The notes beneath the pieces were generated by a model. It worked only from the letters and a program-made list of their open reading frames with translations, had not been told where the DNA came from and made no database searches. Shown here one piece after another: positions 38,457 to 48,448 of a DNA stretch of 64,000 bases (positions within the stretch are counted from its first letter, which is position 1; every line of letters begins with the position of its first letter). This DNA is from Candidatus Thorarchaeota archaeon (lineage in GTDB: Archaea; Asgardarchaeota; Thorarchaeia; Thorarchaeales; Thorarchaeaceae). The position numbers and the translations under genes are program-made. The stretch covers positions 27,429 to 91,428 of the forward strand of contig JBHLQH010000013.1 of the NCBI GenBank assembly GCA_048884965.1, read 5' to 3'.

Positions 38457-40265
38457 GTGAAAATGCTTCCACAATCGATCACTGAACAGAGAATCAAGAT
38501 ATATTTGCTTGCAGCATTTGTAGGATTAGTTGCAGGGCTTGCTGCAGTTGCCTTACGATATCTGATATTTGGTATTAGCTTGCTGTTTGTGACTATTCCA
38601 AACACACTGGGACCAGCTGGATGGATCATAGCGCCGGGTTTAGGGGGTTTGCTTGTTGGTATCATCGTCATCAAGTATGCACCTGAAACAAAGGGACATG
38701 GAGTTCCCGAGATCATGGAAGCATATACTCTTCGCGGGGGAAAGATGCGAACGAGAACGCCTTTACTGAAGAGTCTTGCATCTGCCATATGTATTGGTTC
38801 TGGAGGCTCATCCGGGAGAGAGGGTCCAATTGCACAGATTGGTGGAGGAGTTGGTTCGGCCATTGCACAGTATCTGAAGCTGAATGCAAGAATGACAAAG
38901 ACCTTGGTCGTGTGCGGTGTTTCAGCAGGGGTAGCTGCGACATTCAATGCACCGTTGGGAGGATTCCTATTTGGAATAGAAGTAATCGCAGGAGGGATCG
39001 TTGGGTTCTCTGTAATTCCTGTCATCCTTGCTTCGGTTCTTGCAACTGCGGTATCAGGAGTGTTGATTGGTTCCTATCCAGCATTTGAATCTCCACTATT
39101 CAACATGGGTAACTATCTTGAGCTATTTCTCTACCTAGGCCTTGGAATTGCTCTTGGTTTCCTTAGTATCGTATGGAGCCGCGGTTTCTATAAAATCGAA
39201 GATATATTGGAGAAAGTAAAACTGTCTCCATATGCTCTTCCAGCAATAGGCGGAATTCTAGTAGGCGGCTTAGCCATAATCGCGTTATTCTTAGAAACGC
39301 AATTTGGATACTTTGGTTCGTTCAAACCCGAAGACCCACTGTTTCCAGCGATTATAGGTGTGGACTATGCGTTCATCAACTCAGCACTTGCGGGAACTGT
39401 AGTCATTGGTGCATTGCTCGCATTTGGATTTCTAAAGGCACTCGCAACTTCTCTGACTCTTGGCTCAGGTGGCTCCGGAGGTGTCTTTGCACCCACCCTG
39501 TATATCGGTACCGCGGTAGGTGGAGCATTTGGTTTGGCTTTTTCATTTCTGTTCCCAACGGTAGTAACACAACCTATGGCATTTGCCTTGGTAGGTATGG
39601 CCGCTCTCTTCGCAGGTACAGGCAGGGCGCCTATTACTATCATCGTCATGGTAATGGAGATGACAAAGGACTACTCCATGATTCTGCCTTTAATGATAGC
39701 TGTATCAACATCCTTTCTGATTTCATCAACGATAGAGGAAAATAGTATCTATACTTTCAAGCTTCTCCGCAGAGGAGTAAACATCAATCAGAGTCGATAT
39801 GTTATTGCATTGAAAGATGTTCGTGTTTCGCAGATTATGACTGTGAAACCTACTTTGCTAAAACCAGAAATGACAATTGAGGAAGTCCTTGATATCGTGG
39901 ATGCTACACAGCATACGAAATTCCCTGTAGTTGATGATGAGGGTTCGATTATTGGAATTCTACTAACTGAAGACCTCTTTCATGATGAGGAGAAGAAGGA
40001 AGACCCGCTCAAGGTTAAAGATATCATGAAGAGCAGTTTCTTACATTTGAATCCTAATTGCACGATGGATAGTGTAGTTCATGAAATGCTAGAACGACAA
40101 GAAGGTCACGCAGTGATTGTGAATCCAGAACAACCAAATGTAATGTTGGGATTTATCACAAAAGCAGATGTATTGAGAGCATATGAATTTGCTATCAATC
40201 AGCTTCAAGAAGATGGAGAACTTGTAGAAGGAATTTCACCTGCAGAGCTAGTGGATGTGAAATAA
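38457..40265 (+). CDS. CLC-family chloride channel/transporter with a CBS pair
   Basis: GHGVPE, GREGP, FNAPLGG, GGVFAP and SIYT motifs; two C-terminal CBS domains. Confidence 0.92.
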   Translation: MKMLPQSITEQRIKIYLLAAFVGLVAGLAAVALRYLIFGISLLFVTIPNTLGPAGWIIAPGLGGLLVGIIVIKYAPETKGHGVPEIMEAYTLRGGKMRTRTPLLKSLASAICIGSGGSSGREGPIAQIGGGVGSAIAQYLKLNARMTKTLVVCGVSAGVAATFNAPLGGFLFGIEVIAGGIVGFSVIPVILASVLATAVSGVLIGSYPAFESPLFNMGNYLELFLYLGLGIALGFLSIVWSRGFYKIEDILEKVKLSPYALPAIGGILVGGLAIIALFLETQFGYFGSFKPEDPLFPAIIGVDYAFINSALAGTVVIGALLAFGFLKALATSLTLGSGGSGGVFAPTLYIGTAVGGAFGLAFSFLFPTVVTQPMAFALVGMAALFAGTGRAPITIIVMVMEMTKDYSMILPLMIAVSTSFLISSTIEENSIYTFKLLRRGVNINQSRYVIALKDVRVSQIMTVKPTLLKPEMTIEEVLDIVDATQHTKFPVVDDEGSIIGILLTEDLFHDEEKKEDPLKVKDIMKSSFLHLNPNCTMDSVVHEMLERQEGHAVIVNPEQPNVMLGFITKADVLRAYEFAINQLQEDGELVEGISPAELVDVK

Positions 40266-40357
40266 TACACCATAAAATGGGTTTCATCTTCATCCTCTTA
40301 GGCATCGTTATGCCTATATGGGACCGATGTGCGTACAAGCAGCTATACTGAGAGGAA

Positions 40358-41431
40358 TTGAGGATGACACCAGATGTTGAAAGTGCTCTATCAGCTGGTC
40401 AAAAGTGGCTGGAAGAGTATACAAAGAGATACGCGTTCAAGAAGCTTGAAAGAGAAGTAATCACGACAGGAGTCTGCGTGGAGTGTGGAACTTGTGTTTC
40501 TAATTGTCCAGTAGATGCAATTACTGCTACCCGTGTTGAAGGCAAGTATGTTCCAGAACTCACAGGAAAATGCACCTCATGTGGAATCTGCTACGCGATG
40601 TGTCCAAGGTCTCTGACACTGCCTGAAGATCTGATTGGCAATTACATTTCAATCTACAAAGCCCGGTCAAAGATAGATGGAGGAAAACGTCAGGATGGAG
40701 GGATTGCAACAGCTATAATGGTTTCGCAGCTTCGGGCAAAAGAAATTGAAGCCGCTATTGTCGCATCACATAGCCCTACTCCATGGCTTCCTGCATCAGC
40801 TACTGCGAAATCAGAAGAGGAAATATTGAATTCGGGTGGTACCATCTATATTCATACTCCAATCGTTCAGGGAATGATGGATGCATTCGAAAATGGCTAC
40901 TCAAAGCTCGCAGTGGTAGGAACTGCATGCAATATTGACGCTATTTCAAGGCTACAGACACATCCTGCGGGATTTCTATCAATCTCCAAGGACACAGAGG
41001 TTTTAAAGATGGGACTGTTTTGCATGGAATCCTTTCAGTATGAGGGTTTGAAATCTTTCTTAAAAGAGAATGGGATTGATATAGATAAGGCACTGAGGAT
41101 GGCCATAGCAGGAGGTAAATTCACGATTACTACATCTGAAGGAGATAGGGAATGGCCTATAGCTGATTTGAACTCCATCGCAGCTCGATCTTGCTCGTAT
41201 TGTCACGATCTCACAGCAACATCAGCAGATATTTCCTGTGGCAATATTGGTTCAGATGAAGGTTGGACAACAGTCATTGTAAGAACCAAAACAGGAGAGA
41301 AAGCTTTTGATCGTGCTGTGAAAGATGGAGTGATCGAGGCTGAAGCTTTGGATGATAAGTCGATTCAGACAGTGATGAATGTTTCCAGATCTAAAGCAAT
41401 AAGATATTACAGCATGGAACCTTCACACTAG
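40358..41431 (+). CDS. F420-binding FrhB/FpoF-family subunit with an N-terminal 2x[4Fe-4S] ferredoxin
   Basis: CVECGTCVSNCP, CTSCGICYAMCP, QDGG, VGTAC, GLFCMESF and CSYCHD..ADISCG motifs. Confidence 0.88.
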   Translation: MRMTPDVESALSAGQKWLEEYTKRYAFKKLEREVITTGVCVECGTCVSNCPVDAITATRVEGKYVPELTGKCTSCGICYAMCPRSLTLPEDLIGNYISIYKARSKIDGGKRQDGGIATAIMVSQLRAKEIEAAIVASHSPTPWLPASATAKSEEEILNSGGTIYIHTPIVQGMMDAFENGYSKLAVVGTACNIDAISRLQTHPAGFLSISKDTEVLKMGLFCMESFQYEGLKSFLKENGIDIDKALRMAIAGGKFTITTSEGDREWPIADLNSIAARSCSYCHDLTATSADISCGNIGSDEGWTTVIVRTKTGEKAFDRAVKDGVIEAEALDDKSIQTVMNVSRSKAIRYYSMEPSH

Positions 41432-41453
41432 ATTTGGAGGCCGTCCGTATCAT

Positions 41454-41975
41454 ATGAACATTCTACTCACTGGAAATCCTGGCGTTGGCAAGAGTACCAT
41501 CATCCAAAAAGTGATTGAAGAGATTGGCACAGAAGGTGCAGGGGGATTTTGGACTCTTGAAATAAGAATCAAGGGTAGGAGAGTAGGATTCTCCATTCAG
41601 ACGGTGGATGGAGTTGTAGGTACTCTAGCTCATATCGATAATTCTGACGGACCAAGAGTCGGGAAGTATGTCGTAAGTGTCGGACACATTGAAGATGTAG
41701 CAATTCCCTCGATGATCAATGCGCGAGCATCTGATGGAATAATTATCATTGATGAGATTGCTACTATGGAACTCAAATCCCCACTCTTTGCACCTGAAGT
41801 AAGAAGATGCCTCGATACTGGAAGGGTTCTAGGTACTTTGCAAGCTCGGAAAGAATTCTTCCTAGATGAAGTCAGGAATCGTCCAGATGTTTCAATTCTT
41901 ACGGTGACACCTGAGAACAGGGATAGGATCCCTGCTCAGGTACTTGAATTAATCCAGAGTTCTAGCGAGTCTTAG
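41454..41975 (+). CDS. NTPase (THEP1/NTPase_1 family)
   Basis: LTGNPGVGKST, GGFWT.EIR..G.RVGF, VGKY and IIIDEIATME motifs. Confidence 0.9.
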   Translation: MNILLTGNPGVGKSTIIQKVIEEIGTEGAGGFWTLEIRIKGRRVGFSIQTVDGVVGTLAHIDNSDGPRVGKYVVSVGHIEDVAIPSMINARASDGIIIIDEIATMELKSPLFAPEVRRCLDTGRVLGTLQARKEFFLDEVRNRPDVSILTVTPENRDRIPAQVLELIQSSSES

Positions 41976-43728
41976 TTCTGAAGTATATCCACAGTAGCGC
42001 TATGGAGGATAGGATGCCCATGGCAAGTATTCCAACCCAAACAAGGGCGGGTGTTGTGGCAGTATTCATTGACTCAACTCTATACTCGATCCATTCAGTA
42101 ATGTATTCGTTATTCACAGAGGAATTGTCAACGGCACGAACTCGATATCTAATGGTATCTCCGTGATTGAACTCACCAAGCGATGCAAGGAAAAAGTCGT
42201 TTCCGAATAAAGTCATATCCAACGAAAGTATGGTAGCATTATCATTTACTGTCCATTCGACCTCAATTAAAGACAGGTTATTGATATCCCAAACATATGC
42301 TTGGATAGTGATGTTATTTGTCGAGATAGTGGTAAAGGTCTCCAATACGCGTACATCCTGAATTAGTGGATTGTGGGCATCTGGAGTAACAGTTAGGGTT
42401 GTCAATTTGATGGTAGTCTGGTTGAAGTAGTCAATCAGCGTCATATTGTAGATATACTCGCCTACATCCAAGTGGTCAATTGAAATGGTAAGGTTTTCAC
42501 CACGCCATGTGCCATTCATGAGAACCTCGCCATCGCGGGTAAGATTATAGCTGCGAGGGTTATTTTCCTCAGCAGACCAGTTGAGCGAATAGCCTGAATA
42601 TCCTTCTTCATATTCGAACTCATCAACAGCATCTACGATAGGAGCTCGGAGGTCTTTGTAGATGGTGACATTGACACTGTCAGTTGCGGTGTATCCGAAA
42701 TCATCTTGCAAGGTGAGGGTGAATGTGTAGTTACCTAAATACATCTTGTCTACTGAGAAAGTGAGATTCAAACCCTTTGGATTTGAAAATGACCAAGTTA
42801 CTGATGTAATGTTAGGAGGAATACCTTGCAAAGCGGTGGTATTCCCATAGGTCGTATCGTTATAATGTACTAAGACTTGCAGACTATAGTTCAGAGGATT
42901 GCTATCATAGGTGAACCAAATGATCTGATACCCTGTATCTCCGAACTCATAGGATATGTCATCCGGAGATGAAATCACAGGTGCTGTAAGGTCGGGATAG
43001 ATTGTGATGTTTACTGAGCTAGTCGTATTATAGCCAAGAGTATCATTGACAAACAGCGTAAACATATACCAATGTGAGGCATTGAGCCCATCAATCGTGA
43101 TAGTCAGATTACTACCATCCCATGATCCAAATTCAATGATGGTGTCATTACTTGTGGTTTCATTTGAGGTTCGAGTAATGTTGTAGAAACTTGGGTTAGT
43201 TTCAGTAATATTCCACGTGATTGAATGTCCGAAGCTACCAACTTCAAAGGATGCATTTGTGGCGCCATATACATCATCAATGGTCGGAACTACAATGGGA
43301 GCGAGAACATCAGCGATAACCTCAACCTCTACTGTGTCAGATACAGTTTCGTTATCCAGATTGAACACAGTACAAGTATAGGTGAAATAAGCAGGTAACG
43401 TTTCTAGAAGGTCATCCTCATAGAGATGATCTAGGTTCACAGCAATTAATTCTCCATCCCATGACGAATCAGAGAGATGCACTTCTCCGTCAAGTAGGAC
43501 CGTGAAATTCTTCGGGTTCTCGGTAGTGGCATTCCATACGATTGATTTACCGATGGTGCCATTCTCAAAGCTTATGTCTGTGGGACTGGTAATTTCGATG
43601 GCAGCAAGGGTAAACGAGTGCTTTGCTGCTACAACTTCTGAACCCAATATCCCCGCAACAAAGGGCGATAGGACAAGCCAGGCTAGAAGAGCTGTGAAGA
43701 TCATTGAACGTTTTCGCTTTGAGAACAT
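41962..43728 (-). CDS. Secreted membrane-anchored protein with tandem Ig-like repeats
   Basis: Signal peptide; repeats of P.D..YE.G..G..I.W...NP..Y.....W.G.....D.L..G.Y.F.L...D; C-terminal TM. Confidence 0.8.
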   Translation of the reverse strand: MFSKRKRSMIFTALLAWLVLSPFVAGILGSEVVAAKHSFTLAAIEITSPTDISFENGTIGKSIVWNATTENPKNFTVLLDGEVHLSDSSWDGELIAVNLDHLYEDDLLETLPAYFTYTCTVFNLDNETVSDTVEVEVIADVLAPIVVPTIDDVYGATNASFEVGSFGHSITWNITETNPSFYNITRTSNETTSNDTIIEFGSWDGSNLTITIDGLNASHWYMFTLFVNDTLGYNTTSSVNITIYPDLTAPVISSPDDISYEFGDTGYQIIWFTYDSNPLNYSLQVLVHYNDTTYGNTTALQGIPPNITSVTWSFSNPKGLNLTFSVDKMYLGNYTFTLTLQDDFGYTATDSVNVTIYKDLRAPIVDAVDEFEYEEGYSGYSLNWSAEENNPRSYNLTRDGEVLMNGTWRGENLTISIDHLDVGEYIYNMTLIDYFNQTTIKLTTLTVTPDAHNPLIQDVRVLETFTTISTNNITIQAYVWDINNLSLIEVEWTVNDNATILSLDMTLFGNDFFLASLGEFNHGDTIRYRVRAVDNSSVNNEYITEWIEYRVESMNTATTPALVWVGILAMGILSSIALLWIYFRTKTR

Positions 43729-43897
43729 ATTGTCAATCTCCGTTGATGATTACTAGGTTGTGTGCGGTCGAACCTTTGGGTGAGGTTTTATACTCTTCGG
43801 TGGGGGGTACAGTTGTACTAGTATTCATAGGGTCAACTCTCATAAGCAACAATTGTTGATACGGAGTTCAAACATACTCAGTTGGGAGGTACATTGG

Positions 43898-44830
43898 ATG
43901 CCAAAGGCCATGTATGCGATCTGGTGGGATGATGCCCTGGGACCATTTGTAGGTAGAGTCTGGCCTGAAGATGTTAGCCTCACAGGAGAAGAAGCTCTGA
44001 CTATCTTCATGGGACATGGAGTGAATATGGAGGCACAGATTGGCTATACGAAAATACCTCAAGGTCTTGTCGTGTCATTTATGGAACCACCCAACTGCAT
44101 TGCAGTCCTTTTGAATGAAGATGATGACCCTGCAATTATCGAAAGAAACCTGCTCCGAATTGTCCCAACTATCGACTTCTCTTCTTCAAGTTGGGATAGG
44201 GAGATAAAGAAAGCATTCAATGCACTCGAGGAAATAATTGATGAAACCTCTGGAGAAAGACTCCTGAAAACTCCAGGAATCTCTAGATTGATTGAAGACA
44301 TGTATGAGGGACGTGTGGTTTCCATAAGACCTCAGCATGTATTGGTAGCGACTGATAAGTACCCAGAAGCATCGAGCTATCTCGGACTTAATCGAGAAGA
44401 GGTCATAAGAATCCTTGAGGATTTAGAATCAGAAGGAATACTTATCCCGAGGACCTATGGCAGACGAATCGAATGCAGACAATGCGGCAGTTCAGAACTC
44501 AAAGTAACCCTCCAATGTCCTAAGTGTTTTTCTGAAGAACTCTATAAGGTTTATACACTATTTTGTCCTCTATGCAGTGATCAGTTCCAATCAGTTATTG
44601 TGGATGAAGTTACAGAGGTCACATGTCAAAAATGTAAGAAACCTGTAAAAGTTTCAGAGCTTGCTGTAATGGATGTAGAACCTCTGTGCAATTCTTGTGG
44701 TACAGCTTCAGCAGATCCTAGGATAGTTCTTACATGTGCGGTATGCAATAAGCAACTAAAGGGAGCTGATTTGTTGGCTGGAACAGGGTTAGCCTATGTC
44801 CCATTGAAATCAAAGGACAAGAAGAGTTAA
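43898..44830 (+). CDS. uDENN/longin-like N-domain plus wHTH plus multi-CxxC zinc-ribbon (TackOD1-like) protein
   Basis: IWWDDALGP..G..WP start; EEVIRILEDLESEGIL; six CxxC pairs; GGAGGT SD before ATG 43898. Confidence 0.65.
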   Translation: MPKAMYAIWWDDALGPFVGRVWPEDVSLTGEEALTIFMGHGVNMEAQIGYTKIPQGLVVSFMEPPNCIAVLLNEDDDPAIIERNLLRIVPTIDFSSSSWDREIKKAFNALEEIIDETSGERLLKTPGISRLIEDMYEGRVVSIRPQHVLVATDKYPEASSYLGLNREEVIRILEDLESEGILIPRTYGRRIECRQCGSSELKVTLQCPKCFSEELYKVYTLFCPLCSDQFQSVIVDEVTEVTCQKCKKPVKVSELAVMDVEPLCNSCGTASADPRIVLTCAVCNKQLKGADLLAGTGLAYVPLKSKDKKS

Positions 44831-44874
44831 CCGAAACGGTTTTCTTTCCGAGCTACAATTGCAAATGGATTAAA

Positions 44875-45747
44875 ATGTCAGGGGACAAGGTAGTAAAAGT
44901 AGGTATACTCAAGCTTGGATGCATTGGAGCAGCCCCATTGCTGGATTATATCTTTGACGAACGAGCAGATAGAGAGGATATTGAAGTACGAGGTTTCTCA
45001 AGCGGCGCAAAAATGGATGAAGATTCAGGATCTGCGGCGCTGAAGTATCTCTTGGACTACAAGCCACAACTAGCAATTGTCATTAGTCCGAATGCGGCAT
45101 TGCCCGGACCTTCAAAGATGAGAGAAGAACTGCAAAAGGCAGGAATACCAACTATCACAATTTCTGACGCCCCATCAAAGAAGGCATTCTACGAGAAGAA
45201 CGAGAAGGGAAAGTCAGTTCCCGCCCCTCCGGAGGGACAAGGATTCATCATCCTAAATGCAGACTCTATGATAGGAGCTAGGAGAGAATTCCTCGATCCA
45301 ACCGAGATGATTCTTTTTAATTCAGACATGCTAAAAGTATTAGCAGCAACAGGATATGTCAGATTCATTCAGACGACAATTGATGATATCATTGCAGATA
45401 TCGCGGCGGGTAAAGCACCAGACCTCCCAGCAGTAACAGTAGATTCAGAAACAGCAGTCGATGCAGCAACCTTCAGCAATCCGTATGCTCACGCTAAGGC
45501 TATCGCCGCGGCTGAGATGGCTGAACATGTAGCCAATCTAACAACAGCAGGATGCTTCAAGGTTCAAGAAGCCTCAAAGTACATTCCTCTGGTTGCAGCT
45601 GCTCATGAAATGCTCAGGACCGCAGCATTGCTTGCAGATGAAGCACGTGAGCTCGAGAAGGGAGAAGATACTCTATATCGAACGCCGCATGCAGCAGATG
45701 GCACTGTTCTGAAGAAAGAGAAACTTGGAGAAAAACCAAAGAAGTAG
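44875..45747 (+). CDS. mtd: F420-dependent methylene-H4MPT dehydrogenase
   Basis: KVGILKLGCIG, DERADREDI, SGAKM, SPNAALPGP, DSMIGARREFLDPTEM and FSNPYA motifs. Confidence 0.93.
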   Translation: MSGDKVVKVGILKLGCIGAAPLLDYIFDERADREDIEVRGFSSGAKMDEDSGSAALKYLLDYKPQLAIVISPNAALPGPSKMREELQKAGIPTITISDAPSKKAFYEKNEKGKSVPAPPEGQGFIILNADSMIGARREFLDPTEMILFNSDMLKVLAATGYVRFIQTTIDDIIADIAAGKAPDLPAVTVDSETAVDAATFSNPYAHAKAIAAAEMAEHVANLTTAGCFKVQEASKYIPLVAAAHEMLRTAALLADEARELEKGEDTLYRTPHAADGTVLKKEKLGEKPKK

Positions 45748-45749
45748 AA

Positions 45750-47345
45750 TCAACGCTGATTCTGCTTCTCCTTAATGGTCTTCTTCACGACCTTTCTTGC
45801 ATCAGCTAGGATCCTCTCTGCACGATCCTGGCTGAGCCCCTCTACTTTTGATGAGAGTCGAGACGCTGTTTCACCTGCTAATTGTGCAGCAGAGGTATAT
45901 CCAGCATCCACCAACTTTTCTTCCAACTTAGGACCGATTCCAGGAATTCTTCTGAGAGGAAGTGCGTTCTGAAAGTCCTCACCAACTATCTCACCAAACT
46001 CACTATCACTCAGTTCTTGTGTGACATCAAGAATTTCTAGTTGGCTTTGGATGGATGAGAAATCATCCTCACCTACGAATGCTTCCACGGTAGCTCGGAC
46101 TTCCTTATCATCAAAGTCCAAAGCTAGTTCCTCCATCTCTACTTCTCTGCCAAGAATTTTTGGAGTATCAGTCGAGATATACTGAGTGATTAAAGCTATA
46201 AGGATTGCAAAAGGACCACCAACCCTACCGATTCCACCTTGGAATGCGGTTACAACATTTAAACCCATGAAGGTGTGATCAAGTGCCCAGAAGAGCAAAG
46301 CATATCCAAGGAAAAAGAACCAGACTAGTGAGAGTCTTCTTGCTTTGGTCTTTGCTGAGCCTATCTCATTCCAAATCAACAGACAACAGATGCCAATGAT
46401 GTACCCCTCAATGAGACGCTCCATGAGAAGAAGTGGGATCCCCCATATTGCTACGGGATCATAGAAGATAGGACTGAAGATTGCTAGAAGACCCATAAGC
46501 AGGATTGCCATATTAAACCCAGTCTTCCGTCCTCGAAAGTCTGCATACAACCCACCAATCAATGCGCCTAGTCCAAGGAGAAGCGGTTCATAGATTCCAA
46601 AGCCAAATCCTATGTCAATCTGGAATTCTTGGGATATGGATACAAAAGATGGATGAAGTTCAAGTAGTGTCACCTTTGTTCCAAAGAACCAAAGCATATG
46701 AGAAGCAAGAAGAAGCACCATTGGTCTGAAATACTTAATGTGATTGCCATGTACAGCAAGTGGATATTTCTTCCACTTCCATGTTTTGAAAGGTAGTACT
46801 GCTACAATCGAGATGATGGCAATTATTTCAGGAAGAGTATTTGAAAGATACCCTAAGTTGAAGTAGTCAATATATAGGAATGAGTAAAGAACAACGAACC
46901 CAAGAGACAAGAAGATGAAAAGCCCTGTAATCCTACCTCTGAATCTCTCAACAACGGTTTTGTTGAGAAAGATGACCCAACAGCCAATAAAGAACGCAAG
47001 ACACACAAAGACAGCGATAATCCACGCCTCGGTGAAGGCAGGATTGAAGGCTCCAGGGGTTCCTGTCAGATAGCCTAGTAGTGCAATGAAGGGAGCTGTA
47101 AATCCTGCAAGAATTAGCAATATTTCGATTCGCTTTATGTGATCTAGCACAATAGCATTGAAGAGTAGAGCTAAAGCCGCGCTTCCCCCAGCTACACCCA
47201 AGTAATATACATTCAAGGTGCCTCCTATCACGGGGAGTGTTCCAAATATCAGCTCCTTCACAATAAAGATCAGATACCCAAAGACAGGTGCGAGTAGAAG
47301 GAAATGTAAGGCGGTTCGTGTCGGAAATTCCCTGTATTCTAGCAC
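45750..47345 (-). CDS. Multi-pass (MFS-like) membrane protein with a C-terminal helix-hairpin-helix domain
   Basis: About 12 TMs and GLYADFRGRK; acidic linker; LRRIPGIGPKLEEKLVDAGY..VEGLSQDRAERIL. Confidence 0.75.
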   Translation of the reverse strand: MLEYREFPTRTALHFLLLAPVFGYLIFIVKELIFGTLPVIGGTLNVYYLGVAGGSAALALLFNAIVLDHIKRIEILLILAGFTAPFIALLGYLTGTPGAFNPAFTEAWIIAVFVCLAFFIGCWVIFLNKTVVERFRGRITGLFIFLSLGFVVLYSFLYIDYFNLGYLSNTLPEIIAIISIVAVLPFKTWKWKKYPLAVHGNHIKYFRPMVLLLASHMLWFFGTKVTLLELHPSFVSISQEFQIDIGFGFGIYEPLLLGLGALIGGLYADFRGRKTGFNMAILLMGLLAIFSPIFYDPVAIWGIPLLLMERLIEGYIIGICCLLIWNEIGSAKTKARRLSLVWFFFLGYALLFWALDHTFMGLNVVTAFQGGIGRVGGPFAILIALITQYISTDTPKILGREVEMEELALDFDDKEVRATVEAFVGEDDFSSIQSQLEILDVTQELSDSEFGEIVGEDFQNALPLRRIPGIGPKLEEKLVDAGYTSAAQLAGETASRLSSKVEGLSQDRAERILADARKVVKKTIKEKQNQR

Positions 47346-47481
47346 TAAATCTCACCCATTCACTATCTTCGCCTGTACTAGAACCAATATGGACATTTCG
47401 CCTACAACCCTCAGTTTTCTGACAACCGTACAATACCTTAAATTTGTATGATTTCTGGGTCAGGACTAGGAGCCAGCGCCT

Positions 47482-48372
47482 TTGAAAGGAAGATTAAGAA
47501 TACAAGAATTCATGGTCATTAAACCTGGAGGTGTCCCCATCTTTCACTTCTCAGTTGATGGGACCAGGAAATTGGACGAGCTCCTTTCGGGTTTCCTTTC
47601 AGCGATTACGAGCTTTGCGTCAGAGTTTGGTGAGAAATCGGTACAAAGTCTCTCTTTTGAAGGGTCAGAGATCATGTATGAGCAAGGCGAAGAAGGACTT
47701 CTTTTCGTTGTGCTTGTTGATAGCGTTTCTCCCAAGAAGGTAGTACGAATGGTCCTGCGCGACTTGAGCAGGAAATTCCAAATCAGATTTGCTGAGGAAT
47801 TGCGTAGGGATATACCCATTGAAGAGAAGTTCAAGGTATTCTCCTCAGATGTCGACCGCGCACTCGATTTCTACGAGAATATTCTAAAGATTACCTCGAG
47901 CCTTAGTCCGTATGTGGTTCCTGATATCAAGCAGCAGGCTCTGGATATAGCCATTAAATCTAACAGTCTTCTGGATGACTTCCATAGGGATTTTGGTAGC
48001 GCTGGAACACGAATCCTTGATGCGATTGATGGACAGACCCCAATCGTGAATCTGAGTACAGGCTTGGGTCTCGAACTTGATGAAACAAATGAGATCGTAG
48101 AGTATCTTCTAATCTGGGGTGTTGTAACGATTTCTAGACTCTGCCCCAAGCTTCAAGAGAACAATGTTAGATTTGATGCTTTTCTAGATATCATTGGTTT
48201 ACCAAAAAAGGAATATCAACTCCTTAATCGTGCAAAGCCACTTTGCAATGGCGAGAGATCCATTGTAGATATTAGTGAAAAACTCAGTGTGACATATGAA
48301 ACACTCTACGAGATGCTGCTCAAGCTTGGAGACCAAGTTGAATGGGTGCATGTACCTGTTGTTGTACCGTAA
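47482..48372 (+). CDS. Longin domain plus tandem wHTH protein (NPRL2-like)
   Basis: GGVPIFH..LLSGFLSAITSFASE longin signature; YVVP..ILDAIDGQTPI..LLIWGVV; CNGERSIVDISEKL. Confidence 0.7.
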   Translation: MKGRLRIQEFMVIKPGGVPIFHFSVDGTRKLDELLSGFLSAITSFASEFGEKSVQSLSFEGSEIMYEQGEEGLLFVVLVDSVSPKKVVRMVLRDLSRKFQIRFAEELRRDIPIEEKFKVFSSDVDRALDFYENILKITSSLSPYVVPDIKQQALDIAIKSNSLLDDFHRDFGSAGTRILDAIDGQTPIVNLSTGLGLELDETNEIVEYLLIWGVVTISRLCPKLQENNVRFDAFLDIIGLPKKEYQLLNRAKPLCNGERSIVDISEKLSVTYETLYEMLLKLGDQVEWVHVPVVVP

Positions 48373-48448
48373 CTCCATCAAAATCTTACGAAGGTATAAG
48401 TGGATTCGATTCCTGTAAAATTCGCCTAGAGATATTGGTGAACCACCG

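Noticed and set aside
38420-39025. 201-aa minus-strand ORF
   Set aside because: Antisense to the well-supported CLC gene; its composition mirrors Gly/Ala-rich codons.
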